64,000 nt of DNA from Planctomycetota bacterium (GCA_965223265.1 OZ244999.1:5792001-5856000); one strand, 5' to 3'. Numbered from the stretch's first letter, positions 1-10,519 are shown. Made by a program: numbers and translations. Notes: generated by a model from the sequence alone, not told the origin.

Positions 1-1
1 C

Positions 2-1387
2 AACAGACTGCAGCCACTGCTCCATGGCACTCCAGGCAACAAGGAACGCTCAGCTGAATCGATCGCGCAGCTACGTCGCGCCGCCATCACAGCAATCACC
101 CACGTTCGCGGGAAGGAGACTGAGACGTTTAAAACCCTCGCGAGCTTCGTGCGCGAAGGGATTTCGCGCGCCGAGTCGATTCGTGCTGTCCGCCGCATCC
201 CCAAGGCGTATTGGCCAGCCGAAGAGATTTCGCCTCTCGTCGAGAGCGTGATCGCATACACCGAACGGATTCCAGCTTCAGAGCGTACGACACCAAGCGC
301 TATAGAAGCGCTGCAACTCGGCGAGGAGCTAGTCGCGCTTCTTCCACCCACCGACCGCGATCAGGTCAGAGCTCGCCTCGGCGATCTCAGCGTACGCGTG
401 ATTCGTCTCGGAACACTGCCTCATCAGATGCTCTACGACCAAGAGACGCTCGTCGTCGAAGTAGGAGAGCAAGTCGAAATCGTGTTCGAAAACAGTGACA
501 TCATGCCGCATAACCTCGTGCTCTCCGCGCCCGGATCGCTCGTCGAAATCGGCGAGGCCTCGGAGAAACTCGCAACTCGCCCCGATGCCCTCTCGCGCCA
601 CTACGTCCCAAGGTCAAGGAAGATCATCGTCTCGAGCCGTCTACTCCAACCCGGCATGTCGCAAAAGCTCAGCTTCACGGCCCCGACCGACGTCGGCGTT
701 TATCCGTATGTTTGCACGTTCCCGGGTCACTGGCGCCGCATGTTCGGCGCCCTTTTCGTCGTCGACGACATCGACAGCTATCTGGCGGATCCAGAGGAGT
801 ATCTGATCGCGTCCGAGATCAAAGCGGTCGACCCTGCGCTCGAGTCGCGTCGGCCTCGCACCGAGTGGATCTTAGACGACTTCTCCGCGTCGCTCTCAGA
901 ACTAGGACACGGTCGCAACTTCACGAACGGCAAGAAGATGTTCGAGGTGGCTGCGTGTGTCGGCTGCCATCGATTGAACGATGTCGGTGCCGAATTTGGA
1001 CCCGATCTCGCAAAACTCGACCCCATGCTGAAGCCACTCGACGTCCTACACGACATGATAGAACCGTCGCGAAAGATCCACGAGAAGTTCATCTCGCACA
1101 CGGTGGTCACCAGCGATGGTCAGGTGGTGACCGGCCTCGTAGTTGATGAATCACCCGCGGGTCTCAAAATCGTTGAAAATCCACTCGTCACAAATGCCGC
1201 GCGCGAAATCAATGTCGCAGACATCGCGGTGCGCGAACCGTCAACGATCTCGATAATGCCCAAGGGTCTTCTCAATAAGCTCACGCGCGAGGAAGTCCTG
1301 GACCTTTGGGCGTACGTGCTCGCAGGTGGCGATCAGAACCACAGCGCATTTCAGGGGCCGTGCGGCGTCAAGCCAAGTGAGCAGTGA
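2..1387 (+). CDS. 5'-truncated PVC-type haem protein: cupredoxin (azurin/auracyanin-like) domain plus cytochrome c domain
   Basis: Frame is open from base 2. Type-1 Cu ligands MPHN...YVCTFPGHWRRM; haem motif CVGCH, GPDL and distal SIMPKGL. Confidence 0.85.
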   Translation, partial: NRLQPLLHGTPGNKERSAESIAQLRRAAITAITHVRGKETETFKTLASFVREGISRAESIRAVRRIPKAYWPAEEISPLVESVIAYTERIPASERTTPSAIEALQLGEELVALLPPTDRDQVRARLGDLSVRVIRLGTLPHQMLYDQETLVVEVGEQVEIVFENSDIMPHNLVLSAPGSLVEIGEASEKLATRPDALSRHYVPRSRKIIVSSRLLQPGMSQKLSFTAPTDVGVYPYVCTFPGHWRRMFGALFVVDDIDSYLADPEEYLIASEIKAVDPALESRRPRTEWILDDFSASLSELGHGRNFTNGKKMFEVAACVGCHRLNDVGAEFGPDLAKLDPMLKPLDVLHDMIEPSRKIHEKFISHTVVTSDGQVVTGLVVDESPAGLKIVENPLVTNAAREINVADIAVREPSTISIMPKGLLNKLTREEVLDLWAYVLAGGDQNHSAFQGPCGVKPSEQ

Positions 1388-1565
1388 TTCCCGCCAAGGC
1401 CGTAAAACTCGGCGGAACAGCCTCATCGAGCGAAAAGGTCATCGCTGAATTTCGTGCCCCTCACGATCAGACCGTTTTGCTTCCGGTAAAGCGGGCGCCA
1501 AGCCAGCCGAGACCCCGCATGCAATAATTGAGAGAGGTGAGAAGTCATCCGGAGGCGGGGTCTAA

Positions 1566-3545
1566 ATGTTTTACTTGACGATCTACCACGCTGGCGAAGT
1601 CGTCCATCGACGCATTCCTGTCGAAGGAATCGTCACGGTCGGTCGTGACCCCTCGAATGTTGTCGTACTTTCAGACGCCGGAATCTCGCGGCGTCACGCC
1701 GCGTTCGAAGCGTGCGCCGACGGCAACACCCTACTCGTCCGCGATCTCGGTAGCCGCAACGGCACATTCGTCGATGGGCGCCGAATCCAACGGCAAGAGG
1801 TTCGAGTAGGAGGGGAGATCGTTTTTGGCTCCTGGTTGGTCCGCGTCTGTCATGCCGAAAAGGAACCAACCCTCCCAGTTCGCGAGGACGACGATCACAC
1901 CGTCGTCTTCAGCGGCAACCCCTTTGCCGCCGAGGACTCCTCCACAAAACGAATGAAGCTTCTCTACGACCTGGCTCTCAACCTTGCCGACCTTGAAATC
2001 CCAGAAGTCCTAGAAACCTCGGCCGCGCTGATCCGTGAGTCTCTGGAGTTTGACACCCTTTGCATCTTCCTCGAGGGAAAGCGTCAACTTCTTCTGAGCA
2101 CCGCTTGGAACAAGGACGGCCCGTGCGGCACCAACGAGGTGCTGCTCAGTCGCTCCGTGTTGAACCACTGCCTCAAGACGAAAGAACCAGTGATCTCGGA
2201 GAAGCTAGCCGAAGACAGGAGATTCCGTGATGCACCGAGCGTCACGGTTCAAGGAGTCCAGTCGGCTGTCTGCGTGCCGATCCTCAGCGGCAGTCAAACT
2301 CTCGGCGCACTCTACTGCTGCACTTGCGACCCGATTCACGCCTACAGCGCAGAAGACCTTCAATTCCTCATGCTGATCGGGAGCCACGTTGGGTTCACCA
2401 TCAGCCAAAAGCGAATGATGGCAAACGTCGCATGGGAACACAAGAAACTGGACAAGGTGCTGCAGAACCTTCGTGACGGCATGCTTGTCTGCGACTCGTC
2501 GTTCCGTGTTCTCCTCGCGAACCGCGCGGCCGGCGCGATTCTTCTGACAGAAGAAGTCGTGGGGAAGGATCTGGCGGAGCTGCTTGCTCCTTTTGACCAC
2601 ACATTCGATTCGCGCCTCACCTGCGCTTCTGGATCGTTTTCTTTCGAGCGCCATACTCAGGACAGGGAAGCGACCCGAGAACTCAAGGCTTACCAAGCAT
2701 CGCTGAGCGCTATGCCGCGCCTGCAGTCGGAAGATAGCGCCTACAGCATTTGCATCCGAGACGTCTCTGAGACACGCCGAAACGAACAGCTCAAATCTCT
2801 TTTCGTGAGTCAGTTGACCCACAAGCTCGCCAGTCCACTGAACGCCATCAACGGCGCCTCTTCGTTGATCCGAAAGCGCCTCGGGCAAGCTGGTCTCGAC
2901 AAGAAATCAAGTGAGCTTCTCGACATGTGCCAAGAAGGCTGTCAGGACATGAAACGCATTGTCCATCGTTTCTCGGAACTCGCCGCGTTGAGCATCACGG
3001 GGAAACAGCGCCCGATCAGCGACAAAGGACTCCCACTGCTCGCGGCGGTCGAAGAGTCTCTGGCGCAAACCCGAGCGCAGGTTCTACAGTCGGGCCTGAC
3101 AGTCGAAGTCGACGACTCTCTGCGAAATCTTGCACTACGAGTCCATCGAGATTTGCTCACTGCCAGCTTTAGTCAGCTGATCCAGAACGCAGCGAAATTC
3201 GCCGGTCAGGACGCGACACTCAGCATCGGGGCGATTCTCGACGACAACGCTGTGAGCATTGCGTTCACAGACAACGGCCCTGGCGTTCCGGACGACAAAA
3301 TTGAGTCCGTGTTCGGTATCTTTCAGCAAATCGACAACGACGAAACTGGTCAGATTCCCGGCATAGGCCTGGGCCTTTGGTGGTCGCGTCATATGATTCG
3401 TAGTTACGGTGGTGAAGTCTCGATCGAATCGCCTCCAGAATCACACCCGTCCGGCACGAAGGTGCTCGTCATCCTACCTCGCCACCTGGCGACGGTGGCC
3501 CCAGCGGAGGTCTCCCTCGATACCGTTCAGCTCGAGTTTCCGTGA
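1566..3545 (+). CDS. FHA-GAF-PAS sensor histidine kinase
   Basis: FHA motifs VGR..ISRRHA..DLGSRNGT; GAF (SAVCVPI..LGALY); PAS (DGMLVCD..ANRAA); HisKA THKLASPL; N, G1 and G2 boxes QNAAKF, DNGPG, GIGLGL. Confidence 0.9.
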   Translation: MFYLTIYHAGEVVHRRIPVEGIVTVGRDPSNVVVLSDAGISRRHAAFEACADGNTLLVRDLGSRNGTFVDGRRIQRQEVRVGGEIVFGSWLVRVCHAEKEPTLPVREDDDHTVVFSGNPFAAEDSSTKRMKLLYDLALNLADLEIPEVLETSAALIRESLEFDTLCIFLEGKRQLLLSTAWNKDGPCGTNEVLLSRSVLNHCLKTKEPVISEKLAEDRRFRDAPSVTVQGVQSAVCVPILSGSQTLGALYCCTCDPIHAYSAEDLQFLMLIGSHVGFTISQKRMMANVAWEHKKLDKVLQNLRDGMLVCDSSFRVLLANRAAGAILLTEEVVGKDLAELLAPFDHTFDSRLTCASGSFSFERHTQDREATRELKAYQASLSAMPRLQSEDSAYSICIRDVSETRRNEQLKSLFVSQLTHKLASPLNAINGASSLIRKRLGQAGLDKKSSELLDMCQEGCQDMKRIVHRFSELAALSITGKQRPISDKGLPLLAAVEESLAQTRAQVLQSGLTVEVDDSLRNLALRVHRDLLTASFSQLIQNAAKFAGQDATLSIGAILDDNAVSIAFTDNGPGVPDDKIESVFGIFQQIDNDETGQIPGIGLGLWWSRHMIRSYGGEVSIESPPESHPSGTKVLVILPRHLATVAPAEVSLDTVQLEFP

Positions 3546-3817
3546 ACGGTGAGATCGCAGCTATTCTTCCCGTCAACGACGAACAAGACGGCACACGCAC
3601 ACGCCGACGTCGCATAGACTCCGATGAAGTCGTGATTGCTGGCGCGCACTCATCAGCGATGCTTCGTCTCGCCCCGCTCTTTTTCTTGACCGCCGTGAGT
3701 CTCCGCGATTCAGATGGTGTAGTCGTTCGCCGTTCCGTTCACTCGCGATTCGAAATCTGCGGCCGCTGAATTCGACGCAGACTCGAACGTCGCCCTCATT
3801 CAGAAAGGCGGTTGGCC

Positions 3818-4879
3818 ATGGGATCGATTCGACTCACCTGGTGGAATCTGCAGAATTTCTTCGACACCGACGATGACCCGATCTCCAAAGACTTCGAATA
3901 CACGGCAGCCAAAGGCTGGACTCAGGAGGTCTTCGAGGCCAAGAAGGCCAACCTCGCTGCGGCGCTGAGCGCCACTCATGGTGAAGCCGGCCCCGAGATA
4001 CTGGCCGTCGCGGAGATCGAAAAGGACGCCCTACTCGGCGAACTCATCGATGAGATGGGCAACCCCAACCTTAAGGTCGTTGAAGATGCTGCTGGTACGT
4101 CTGATCTCCGCGGCATCGACGTCGCCATGGCGATCGACACCCAGAAACTCCGGCTACTCTCCGTCGATTCCCATCTGGTACACCTGCGCTACCGGACGCG
4201 CGACATCTTGGAGGTAAAACTTGAAGTGAAAGAGACGGGCGAGCAGCTGGTCGTCATAGCGAGTCACTGGCCATCGCGTTCGCGCGGTCGGTACCGCAGC
4301 GAGCCCCTGCGCATTGCTGTCGCGGAGCACATCGCCTACCTCGTCGAAGCGCACGTTAAAGTCGAGCCGGAGGAGTACGAGAACCTACGTGACGGCGACG
4401 ATCTCGCAGCGGTCAGAGACGCGTGGGAGTCTAAAGTCATAGTCGTCGGCGATTTCAACGACGAGCCGGATGACCGCAGCGTCGTCGATCACCTGAAAGC
4501 GTCGAACGATCTCGATCGCGTCGTAGGAGCCACCAACGACATCGACGGCTTTGAGACCGAGACGGCAAGCTACCGCGCTCAAGACGTTTTTCTCTTCAAT
4601 GCGTCGTGGAAGTTTCTGCCAGTGCAGCAAGCTGGGACGTACTTCCTTGACTCTTTACGCAGCGGTGAGAGATTGACCAATCGCTACCAAATGCTCGACC
4701 AGCTGGTCGCCAGCCGGGGCTTGGTCAGTGGCAACGGCTTGACACTCGACATCGAGAGCGTCGAGATCTTTGACGACAAAATCGTGGCGACGCAGTCGAA
4801 GCGCCCGCGGGCGTTCAAAAAGAGCACCAAGAAAGGCACGAGTGATCACCTGCCTCTGAACGCGACGCTGAGCTTCTAA
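3818..4879 (+). CDS. Endonuclease/exonuclease/phosphatase (EEP) family protein
   Basis: WNLQNFFD, AVAEIE, SHWPSR, GDFND, LDQL and SDHLP motifs; ATG at 3818 follows AAAGG. Confidence 0.9.
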   Translation: MGSIRLTWWNLQNFFDTDDDPISKDFEYTAAKGWTQEVFEAKKANLAAALSATHGEAGPEILAVAEIEKDALLGELIDEMGNPNLKVVEDAAGTSDLRGIDVAMAIDTQKLRLLSVDSHLVHLRYRTRDILEVKLEVKETGEQLVVIASHWPSRSRGRYRSEPLRIAVAEHIAYLVEAHVKVEPEEYENLRDGDDLAAVRDAWESKVIVVGDFNDEPDDRSVVDHLKASNDLDRVVGATNDIDGFETETASYRAQDVFLFNASWKFLPVQQAGTYFLDSLRSGERLTNRYQMLDQLVASRGLVSGNGLTLDIESVEIFDDKIVATQSKRPRAFKKSTKKGTSDHLPLNATLSF

Positions 4880-4934
4880 CGATCGGTCAGATCGCGATCT
4901 CGCGCGCAGCGGCTTGCTTCCCGCTGTCTCGTAC

Positions 4935-5729
4935 CTACATCACCGGCGGGTGTGCGTCGTCTTGAACGGCGCTGATCTCGTCGGTCGAAATCTTGTGGAC
5001 GCTCTTGGGGTTAAACGTCTGCTTCGTTCCAACGCGCAGAGCAACCTCGATGCGGCCGCCCGTGAGCACGAAGAACTGGATGAGAAAACCGCCGCCCTGC
5101 ATCGCTTCAAACTGAAACTCACCCGCAGCCATGTCAGCTACCCAACCGGCGGCGACGCGATCGAAATCCGCATTTGCACGAACCTCAGGTGGCAAAGCGG
5201 CGATGAGCGTCCCCGGATCCTCGCCGATCGCTGCAGCCATCTTGCGTCTTGTCTCGGCCATGAACGAGACGAGTCGTCCGGCGTACGTGAAATCGTCGTC
5301 AGCACCGCGCGGTGGCGGCACGATGCCCCAGGTCAAATGATGAATGAAAGGGTTACCGTACCCTTGACCGAGCATGTGATCGCGTGCCGGTTCATCGACT
5401 GGATGAACGATGGCGGCGTAATCGAACCAGCCATTCGCTCGCGCGGTGCTCTCTGACGGCAAGCGAGCCGAGACATTGATGTAATCGTGCCCGTCGACCG
5501 GCGATGGATAGCAGCGTGTGTCCCAACCGGTGAGGTAGCCACGACGCTTAAGCGGTCCCGCGACGAGATGCGGCGGATCGGTGAAGATGGCAGCGTGATC
5601 GAGGTTCGGCATGAGCGGAATGCCAGCCGCGACTGAGCGCTCAGCGACACGCCGCGCTTCCTCAAAACGCTGCGGTGCATTATCGATTTGAAGAAACTCG
5701 TCGAAGTCCGCCGGTAGGGAGACGTTCAT
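4935..5729 (-). CDS. Hypothetical VOC-fold protein resembling the HPPD catalytic domain (putative non-haem Fe dioxygenase)
   Basis: LDHAAIF / YGNPFIHHL / FLIQFF / RIEVALR.G..TF match the order of HPPD IDH / GIQHI / LLQIFT / FFEIIQR.G..GF. Confidence 0.6.
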   Translation of the reverse strand: MNVSLPADFDEFLQIDNAPQRFEEARRVAERSVAAGIPLMPNLDHAAIFTDPPHLVAGPLKRRGYLTGWDTRCYPSPVDGHDYINVSARLPSESTARANGWFDYAAIVHPVDEPARDHMLGQGYGNPFIHHLTWGIVPPPRGADDDFTYAGRLVSFMAETRRKMAAAIGEDPGTLIAALPPEVRANADFDRVAAGWVADMAAGEFQFEAMQGGGFLIQFFVLTGGRIEVALRVGTKQTFNPKSVHKISTDEISAVQDDAHPPVM

Positions 5730-6178
5730 CTGCACGTGACTCGCTGAAGGATGGATCTACGCAGTCTGGGACGTTGACGGCAGAATAGCCGACAATGGAC
5801 GGCCTGACAACGCGAGAGCGACGAAGAGGCGAGGGCGGCGAAGCGGCGACCGCGCACTCCACCTCCGCCTCTGTCCCCGTTGCTGCAAAGAGAAACGCTT
5901 CTAGGGCATGAGAGACTGCGTGAGCTTGGGCGTAGCGTAGCAGGCACGCTCACCCCGTTGTCGACCCGAACGACAGCACTCGTGGCTAATGCCTTGCACG
6001 CATGCCCTCACGCTCACAAGACCGGACGGCACACGGCGTGTGCCTGCTACTTTGGACGGCCGCCCTTCGTTGACTTGGCTTCCTTTTGTTCAACTCTTCT
6101 TCTGATCTCTTGAAGTAGAGTCCCCCGGCCGATTCTGCTATCTTGTCCAAACGCCAAGACTCAAAAAGGGAGGGTCCG

Positions 6179-7879
6179 ATGCAGCGCCGAGAATTCCTAC
6201 AACAAGTGGGTGTGGCAGCGCTCGCCGCAGCGCCGCAGGGAGCTGGGCATGGCGCCAACGCGGCAGCGGCTCTGCACGAACGAGAGCGTGCGCCGAAGGT
6301 GTTCGTCTACGACGATGGACGCCACGGAGCACCGCTCTATCAATACGCGCCGCCCCTCTCACCCGAAGACTTCGTCTTCTCGATCGACCAACTGGTCGAC
6401 GCTGGCGCCGATGCGATCGTCTACATGGTCGGCCTTGAAGGCGGCGTTGCGCTCTACGACAGCCGTGTGGCGCAGAAGTGGGGTGACAACACGAAGAAGT
6501 GGAACCATCCCGTCTTTTACCGAGCCGCGCGTCACCTGCGAGCTCTCATCGAGTCGGGACACGACCCACTCGATCTGCTGTGCGAGCGCGCGCACGCCAA
6601 GGGTCTCCACTTCATAGCAGCGAACTGGGTAGCGCTCGAAGGCGGCGACACACCGCAAGTGCGTGGACACGGGCGCAAGTCGGACTTCGTGTACGACCAC
6701 CCACAGTATCAAGTCGGCAGCGACAGCCATCGCCTCGCCGAGCATGTTCATCCGCACCGCCTTAGCTTCCTGCATGAAGCGGTTCGCGAGGAACGCTTCC
6801 GTGTCTATGAAGAACTGCTCGCGCGCTATGCCACCGACGGAGTCGAGCTCAACCTCCTCGACCTCGCTCCATTCTGCAGATTCGGCGAAGTCGAACGACT
6901 CGCGCCACTCCTGACCGCTTGGCTGCGTCGGTTGAAGAGCAGCGCGGCGAGCGCGGCTGCCGCTCAGGGACGCGCAAAGCGCATCTACGCGCGGATTCCG
7001 GCGCTCGAGTCAGCTTGGCGCCTGTTCGGTTACGACGTCGCGACGTGGGTGCGTGACGGCCTGGTCGACGGGCTGGTCTGTTGTCCGGGGCTCATGGAAG
7101 CGCCGCTCGAGCACAACTTCGATCTCTCCCACCTCGTTGCGTTGGCGCGAGGCACGTCCTGCCAAATCGTTCATGGCTTCAGTGACCTCTTGGGTCGCCA
7201 ACTGAGGCGCGCTGCGACGCAGCCGATGGTGTGGGCCGCCGCGGCAAACGCATACGCCCAGGGCGCCGATGGCTTCGCGATTGTCGAGTACCACTGGACG
7301 CCGAACGGCTGGCCGCTGACCGAAAAGGACCACGGCACGCTGCGCCTACTCAGCCACCGAGACCTACTCGCGACAGCCGACAAGCTCTATCGAGTCCGTT
7401 CTCTCATGCGAGGTCGTACAGAAGGCGAGTGGCTGCCGGGAGCGAGCTCTCCTTTGCCGCAACCGCTCCAGACGGGGACAGCGGTGAACGTGGAGATGCG
7501 GATCTCCGATGATCTACAGCGTTGGCATAGCGAAGGGCGACTCGAAGAAGTGAAGCTGAGGGTCCGCATCACGAGTATTGAGCCATCTCTCAACGACGTT
7601 CGTGTTGAGCTCAATGGCGAGGCGTTCTCGAGCGAACACCTAGAGCTGAGCGATCTGACGTATCGCCAGTACGAGCTTGGAGCGCTGAATCCGTACAGCT
7701 TCATCTACGAGTATGCGTTACCTCCAGAATTGTTCCCGCGCGTCGGCGTCAACCAAATTGCGGTGACGCTGCTGAAGCGCGACCCGAACATCGACGTGGA
7801 GTTCAGCGTCTACGACGTCGACTGCAAAATCAGATATCGGCGCCATCGTCACTTTCGCAGCGAGCCGCTCGACTACTGA
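6179..7879 (+). CDS. Tat-exported glycoside hydrolase-like (GHL10/DUF187-type) TIM-barrel protein with C-terminal beta domain
   Basis: MQRREFL Tat motif; LSFLHEAVRE..EELLARYATDGVELN; GGAGG RBS upstream. Confidence 0.7.
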   Translation: MQRREFLQQVGVAALAAAPQGAGHGANAAAALHERERAPKVFVYDDGRHGAPLYQYAPPLSPEDFVFSIDQLVDAGADAIVYMVGLEGGVALYDSRVAQKWGDNTKKWNHPVFYRAARHLRALIESGHDPLDLLCERAHAKGLHFIAANWVALEGGDTPQVRGHGRKSDFVYDHPQYQVGSDSHRLAEHVHPHRLSFLHEAVREERFRVYEELLARYATDGVELNLLDLAPFCRFGEVERLAPLLTAWLRRLKSSAASAAAAQGRAKRIYARIPALESAWRLFGYDVATWVRDGLVDGLVCCPGLMEAPLEHNFDLSHLVALARGTSCQIVHGFSDLLGRQLRRAATQPMVWAAAANAYAQGADGFAIVEYHWTPNGWPLTEKDHGTLRLLSHRDLLATADKLYRVRSLMRGRTEGEWLPGASSPLPQPLQTGTAVNVEMRISDDLQRWHSEGRLEEVKLRVRITSIEPSLNDVRVELNGEAFSSEHLELSDLTYRQYELGALNPYSFIYEYALPPELFPRVGVNQIAVTLLKRDPNIDVEFSVYDVDCKIRYRRHRHFRSEPLDY

Positions 7880-7888
7880 GGCGAGACC

Positions 7889-8914
7889 GTGGAAAAGACA
7901 ACGAGGCGACAATGGTTGGTCGCAGCAGGTGCCACAGGCATCAGCGCTCTCGGCTCGACACTTGCATGCTCCCAGCGCGAACCTCGGCAAGCGAGCGCGT
8001 CAGCACCGCAAAACACGCCACGAATTCCAGGCGTCGCAGAATCGAAATCCCCGGCGGTCTTCGATGCGCACGTCCACGTGTGGACTGCCGACACAACGCG
8101 GTACCCTCCTGCGCCTGGATTCGACCGATCCGATTTCTGGTTTCCGAGCTTTAGCGTCGAAGAACTGCTTGCCGCCGCGCGGCCATACGGCGTCACGCAC
8201 ATCAACTTTGTGCAAATGACCTGGTACGGCCTCGACCACACTTACATCGTCGATGCCATCGCAAAGGATCCGAAGCATCTCGTCGGCACGGGTGTCGTCC
8301 CGGCCGTCACGGACGTCGGTGGGCCTAGCCCGGACCGCACGATGCTCGACCTCGCCAAACGTGGTGTCGTCGCTTTCCGCATCCGCGGTAAGAGCACACG
8401 ACCACCCCTCGGGGATGGGCCACGCTGGTTAGACCATCCCGGCTACGAAAAAATGTTTCGCACAGCGGCAGAGCACAACTTGGCGCTGAGCTTCCTCATG
8501 GGACCATCAGATATCCCTGAGCTTGATCGTATGTGCGGAAGACATCCCGACGCTCCGGTCATTATCGATCACTTTTGCCTCGTCGGTCGCCAGGGAAATT
8601 TCGACGAGTCGGAGACGAAAGCGCTCGTCGCGATGGCCAAACACCGGCGAGTGTTGCTCAAGATCGGTGCTTTCTACGCGCTAGGAGCGAAGAAGGCCCC
8701 ATATCTCGACATGCTGCCGCTGATGCGCCGCGTTATAGAAGCATTCGGACCGGAGCGATGCATGTGGGAGAGTGACGCCCCGGTGCATCGATCGGCGCCA
8801 CACACTTACGGCGATTCGGTCGCGATCTTGCGTGACCACGCAGATTTTCTTTCGACTGCGGACAAGGAACAAATACTCTTCAAGACGGCACACCGGGCGT
8901 TCTTCGAGCGTTGA
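7889..8914 (+). CDS. Amidohydrolase_2 family protein with Tat signal
   Basis: TRRQWL; DAHVHVW; IIDHF; FGPERCMWESDAP. Confidence 0.9.
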   Translation: MEKTTRRQWLVAAGATGISALGSTLACSQREPRQASASAPQNTPRIPGVAESKSPAVFDAHVHVWTADTTRYPPAPGFDRSDFWFPSFSVEELLAAARPYGVTHINFVQMTWYGLDHTYIVDAIAKDPKHLVGTGVVPAVTDVGGPSPDRTMLDLAKRGVVAFRIRGKSTRPPLGDGPRWLDHPGYEKMFRTAAEHNLALSFLMGPSDIPELDRMCGRHPDAPVIIDHFCLVGRQGNFDESETKALVAMAKHRRVLLKIGAFYALGAKKAPYLDMLPLMRRVIEAFGPERCMWESDAPVHRSAPHTYGDSVAILRDHADFLSTADKEQILFKTAHRAFFER

Positions 8915-9034
8915 AGAGGATTCGGACTGTGGGCGCGCACCCTCGAAGCGCATCCGCGCGCCAGATTGCGACGCGATTGCAGAGCCTGCGATCGCGTGAC
9001 CACGCAAAAACGATAGACCCTTTGGAGAGATGCA

Positions 9035-10033
9035 ATGAGTGGTTCGATCAGCCGGCGCGGGTTTTTCGGTTCATTGAAGGCGTTCGCCGCCGGAGCCATC
9101 GGCGCCAACCTCGTCAACCCCAGCGCCAACCTCAGCGCTCAACCCCCACGTGGGGATCTACCGATCAGCACAACACCACTGGCAGGAGGCACGCGCCCGT
9201 TCGTTAACCCACAGAAAGTTCTGCTGTGGGAAAGAACGCGCCGCGAAGTCCGTCAATGGCTCGAAAGTGGACAGCTGAAAGCCGCGATCCTACCGACTGG
9301 ATCAGTCGAACAGCACAACGAACACATGGCGATGGTCGCGGACGTCGCGATCGCTACGCTCTTCTCACAGCAGGTGGCGCTCGAGCTCTACCCCCACGTC
9401 ATCGTTGCACCACCGAGCCCCTGCGGGTTCGCGCCCTACCACATGGCACGCAAGGGCAGCGTCACGCTTCGCAAATCGACCTTTCAAGCCTACGTTTTCG
9501 ATGTCCTTGAGAGCTTGAAGGCTCATGGAATCAAAACAATTCTTGTTCTCAATGGTCACGGCGGCAACCACGCCCCACTGGTCGAAGCGGTAGGCGAGTG
9601 GAGACAGAAACTCGGAATCACACTCGAGGTCGATTCGTACTTCACCGCGCACAGCGGCTACGCCCAGACGATCACGGACTCTCCGCAGCTGACAGCGCAC
9701 GCAGGTGAGGTCGAGACTTCGATGTACATGGCAGCGTTTCCGGGTCGTCTTCGTCGCGTCACCATGAAGGAGTACGACGATGCCAAACTCAACTACGAGT
9801 CCGGCTTTTCGCCAGAGGTGTTGCCGTTTCTCGAACGCGATGGACGCACGACTGCAGAGCGACTCAAGGGAGAGAACAATCGCGACCGTCGCCGTCAGGA
9901 GGAGTCCCAGCTGGCGACAGCCGAAAAGGGTGAGAAGTTAATTCGACGCGGGACGGAGTTCTTCGCTAAGCGACTTCGCGAGATGATCGCCGCAACCGAA
10001 GCTGGAAAGCCGTGGCCCCTCAGTAATGGTTGA
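9035..10033 (+). CDS. Creatininase / creatinine amidohydrolase family protein with Tat signal
   Basis: SRRGFF; LPTGSVEQHNEH..D; NGHGGN; HAGEVETS; ATAEKGE. Confidence 0.9.
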   Translation: MSGSISRRGFFGSLKAFAAGAIGANLVNPSANLSAQPPRGDLPISTTPLAGGTRPFVNPQKVLLWERTRREVRQWLESGQLKAAILPTGSVEQHNEHMAMVADVAIATLFSQQVALELYPHVIVAPPSPCGFAPYHMARKGSVTLRKSTFQAYVFDVLESLKAHGIKTILVLNGHGGNHAPLVEAVGEWRQKLGITLEVDSYFTAHSGYAQTITDSPQLTAHAGEVETSMYMAAFPGRLRRVTMKEYDDAKLNYESGFSPEVLPFLERDGRTTAERLKGENNRDRRRQEESQLATAEKGEKLIRRGTEFFAKRLREMIAATEAGKPWPLSNG

Positions 10034-10181
10034 GCCGACTTGCTATCACAGTCTCAACTCCGGGGGCGGTAGGAACTCGAGCGGCTTTTTGCTAAGGTAG
10101 GCAAGTTGCGGGTTGAAGGCTTCGACGTCGACAGCCCGATGAGTCATCGAACACAGTGGCAATCGACGGAAGGCATTCTCC

Positions 10182-10481
10182 ATGCTCAGGGTAGCTCTCG
10201 CGGTGCTTTGGCTCACCGGCTGCGCTTCCCAGACGTGCCACGACACCCATTCAGGATCCAGCCCTGTCGAGATGAACGAGGCGGAGTCGTACCGTCAGTT
10301 GCGCCATGAGCCGTGCGACTTTCGCTGCATAAGGGACACGAGCCGCGGCGTCAAACGAGACGCGTACTGGCAACGTCAAGAACCCCACTCAGACGATTGT
10401 GCCTGTTCGCGAGACTGCCCGTGTTGGAGCGACAGCGCCCTGTTCGAGGAGTCCGAACGGCGCTGGGGCATTTGGTGGTGA
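10182..10481 (+). CDS. Possible small Cys-rich lipoprotein
   Basis: Signal peptide with lipobox LTGC; CACSRDCPCW; fills the gap between two co-oriented genes. Confidence 0.45.
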   Translation: MLRVALAVLWLTGCASQTCHDTHSGSSPVEMNEAESYRQLRHEPCDFRCIRDTSRGVKRDAYWQRQEPHSDDCACSRDCPCWSDSALFEESERRWGIWW

Positions 10482-10519
10482 CGTAGCGGTGCTGAATAGC
10501 CCCCTCTGGAGGATAGCTG

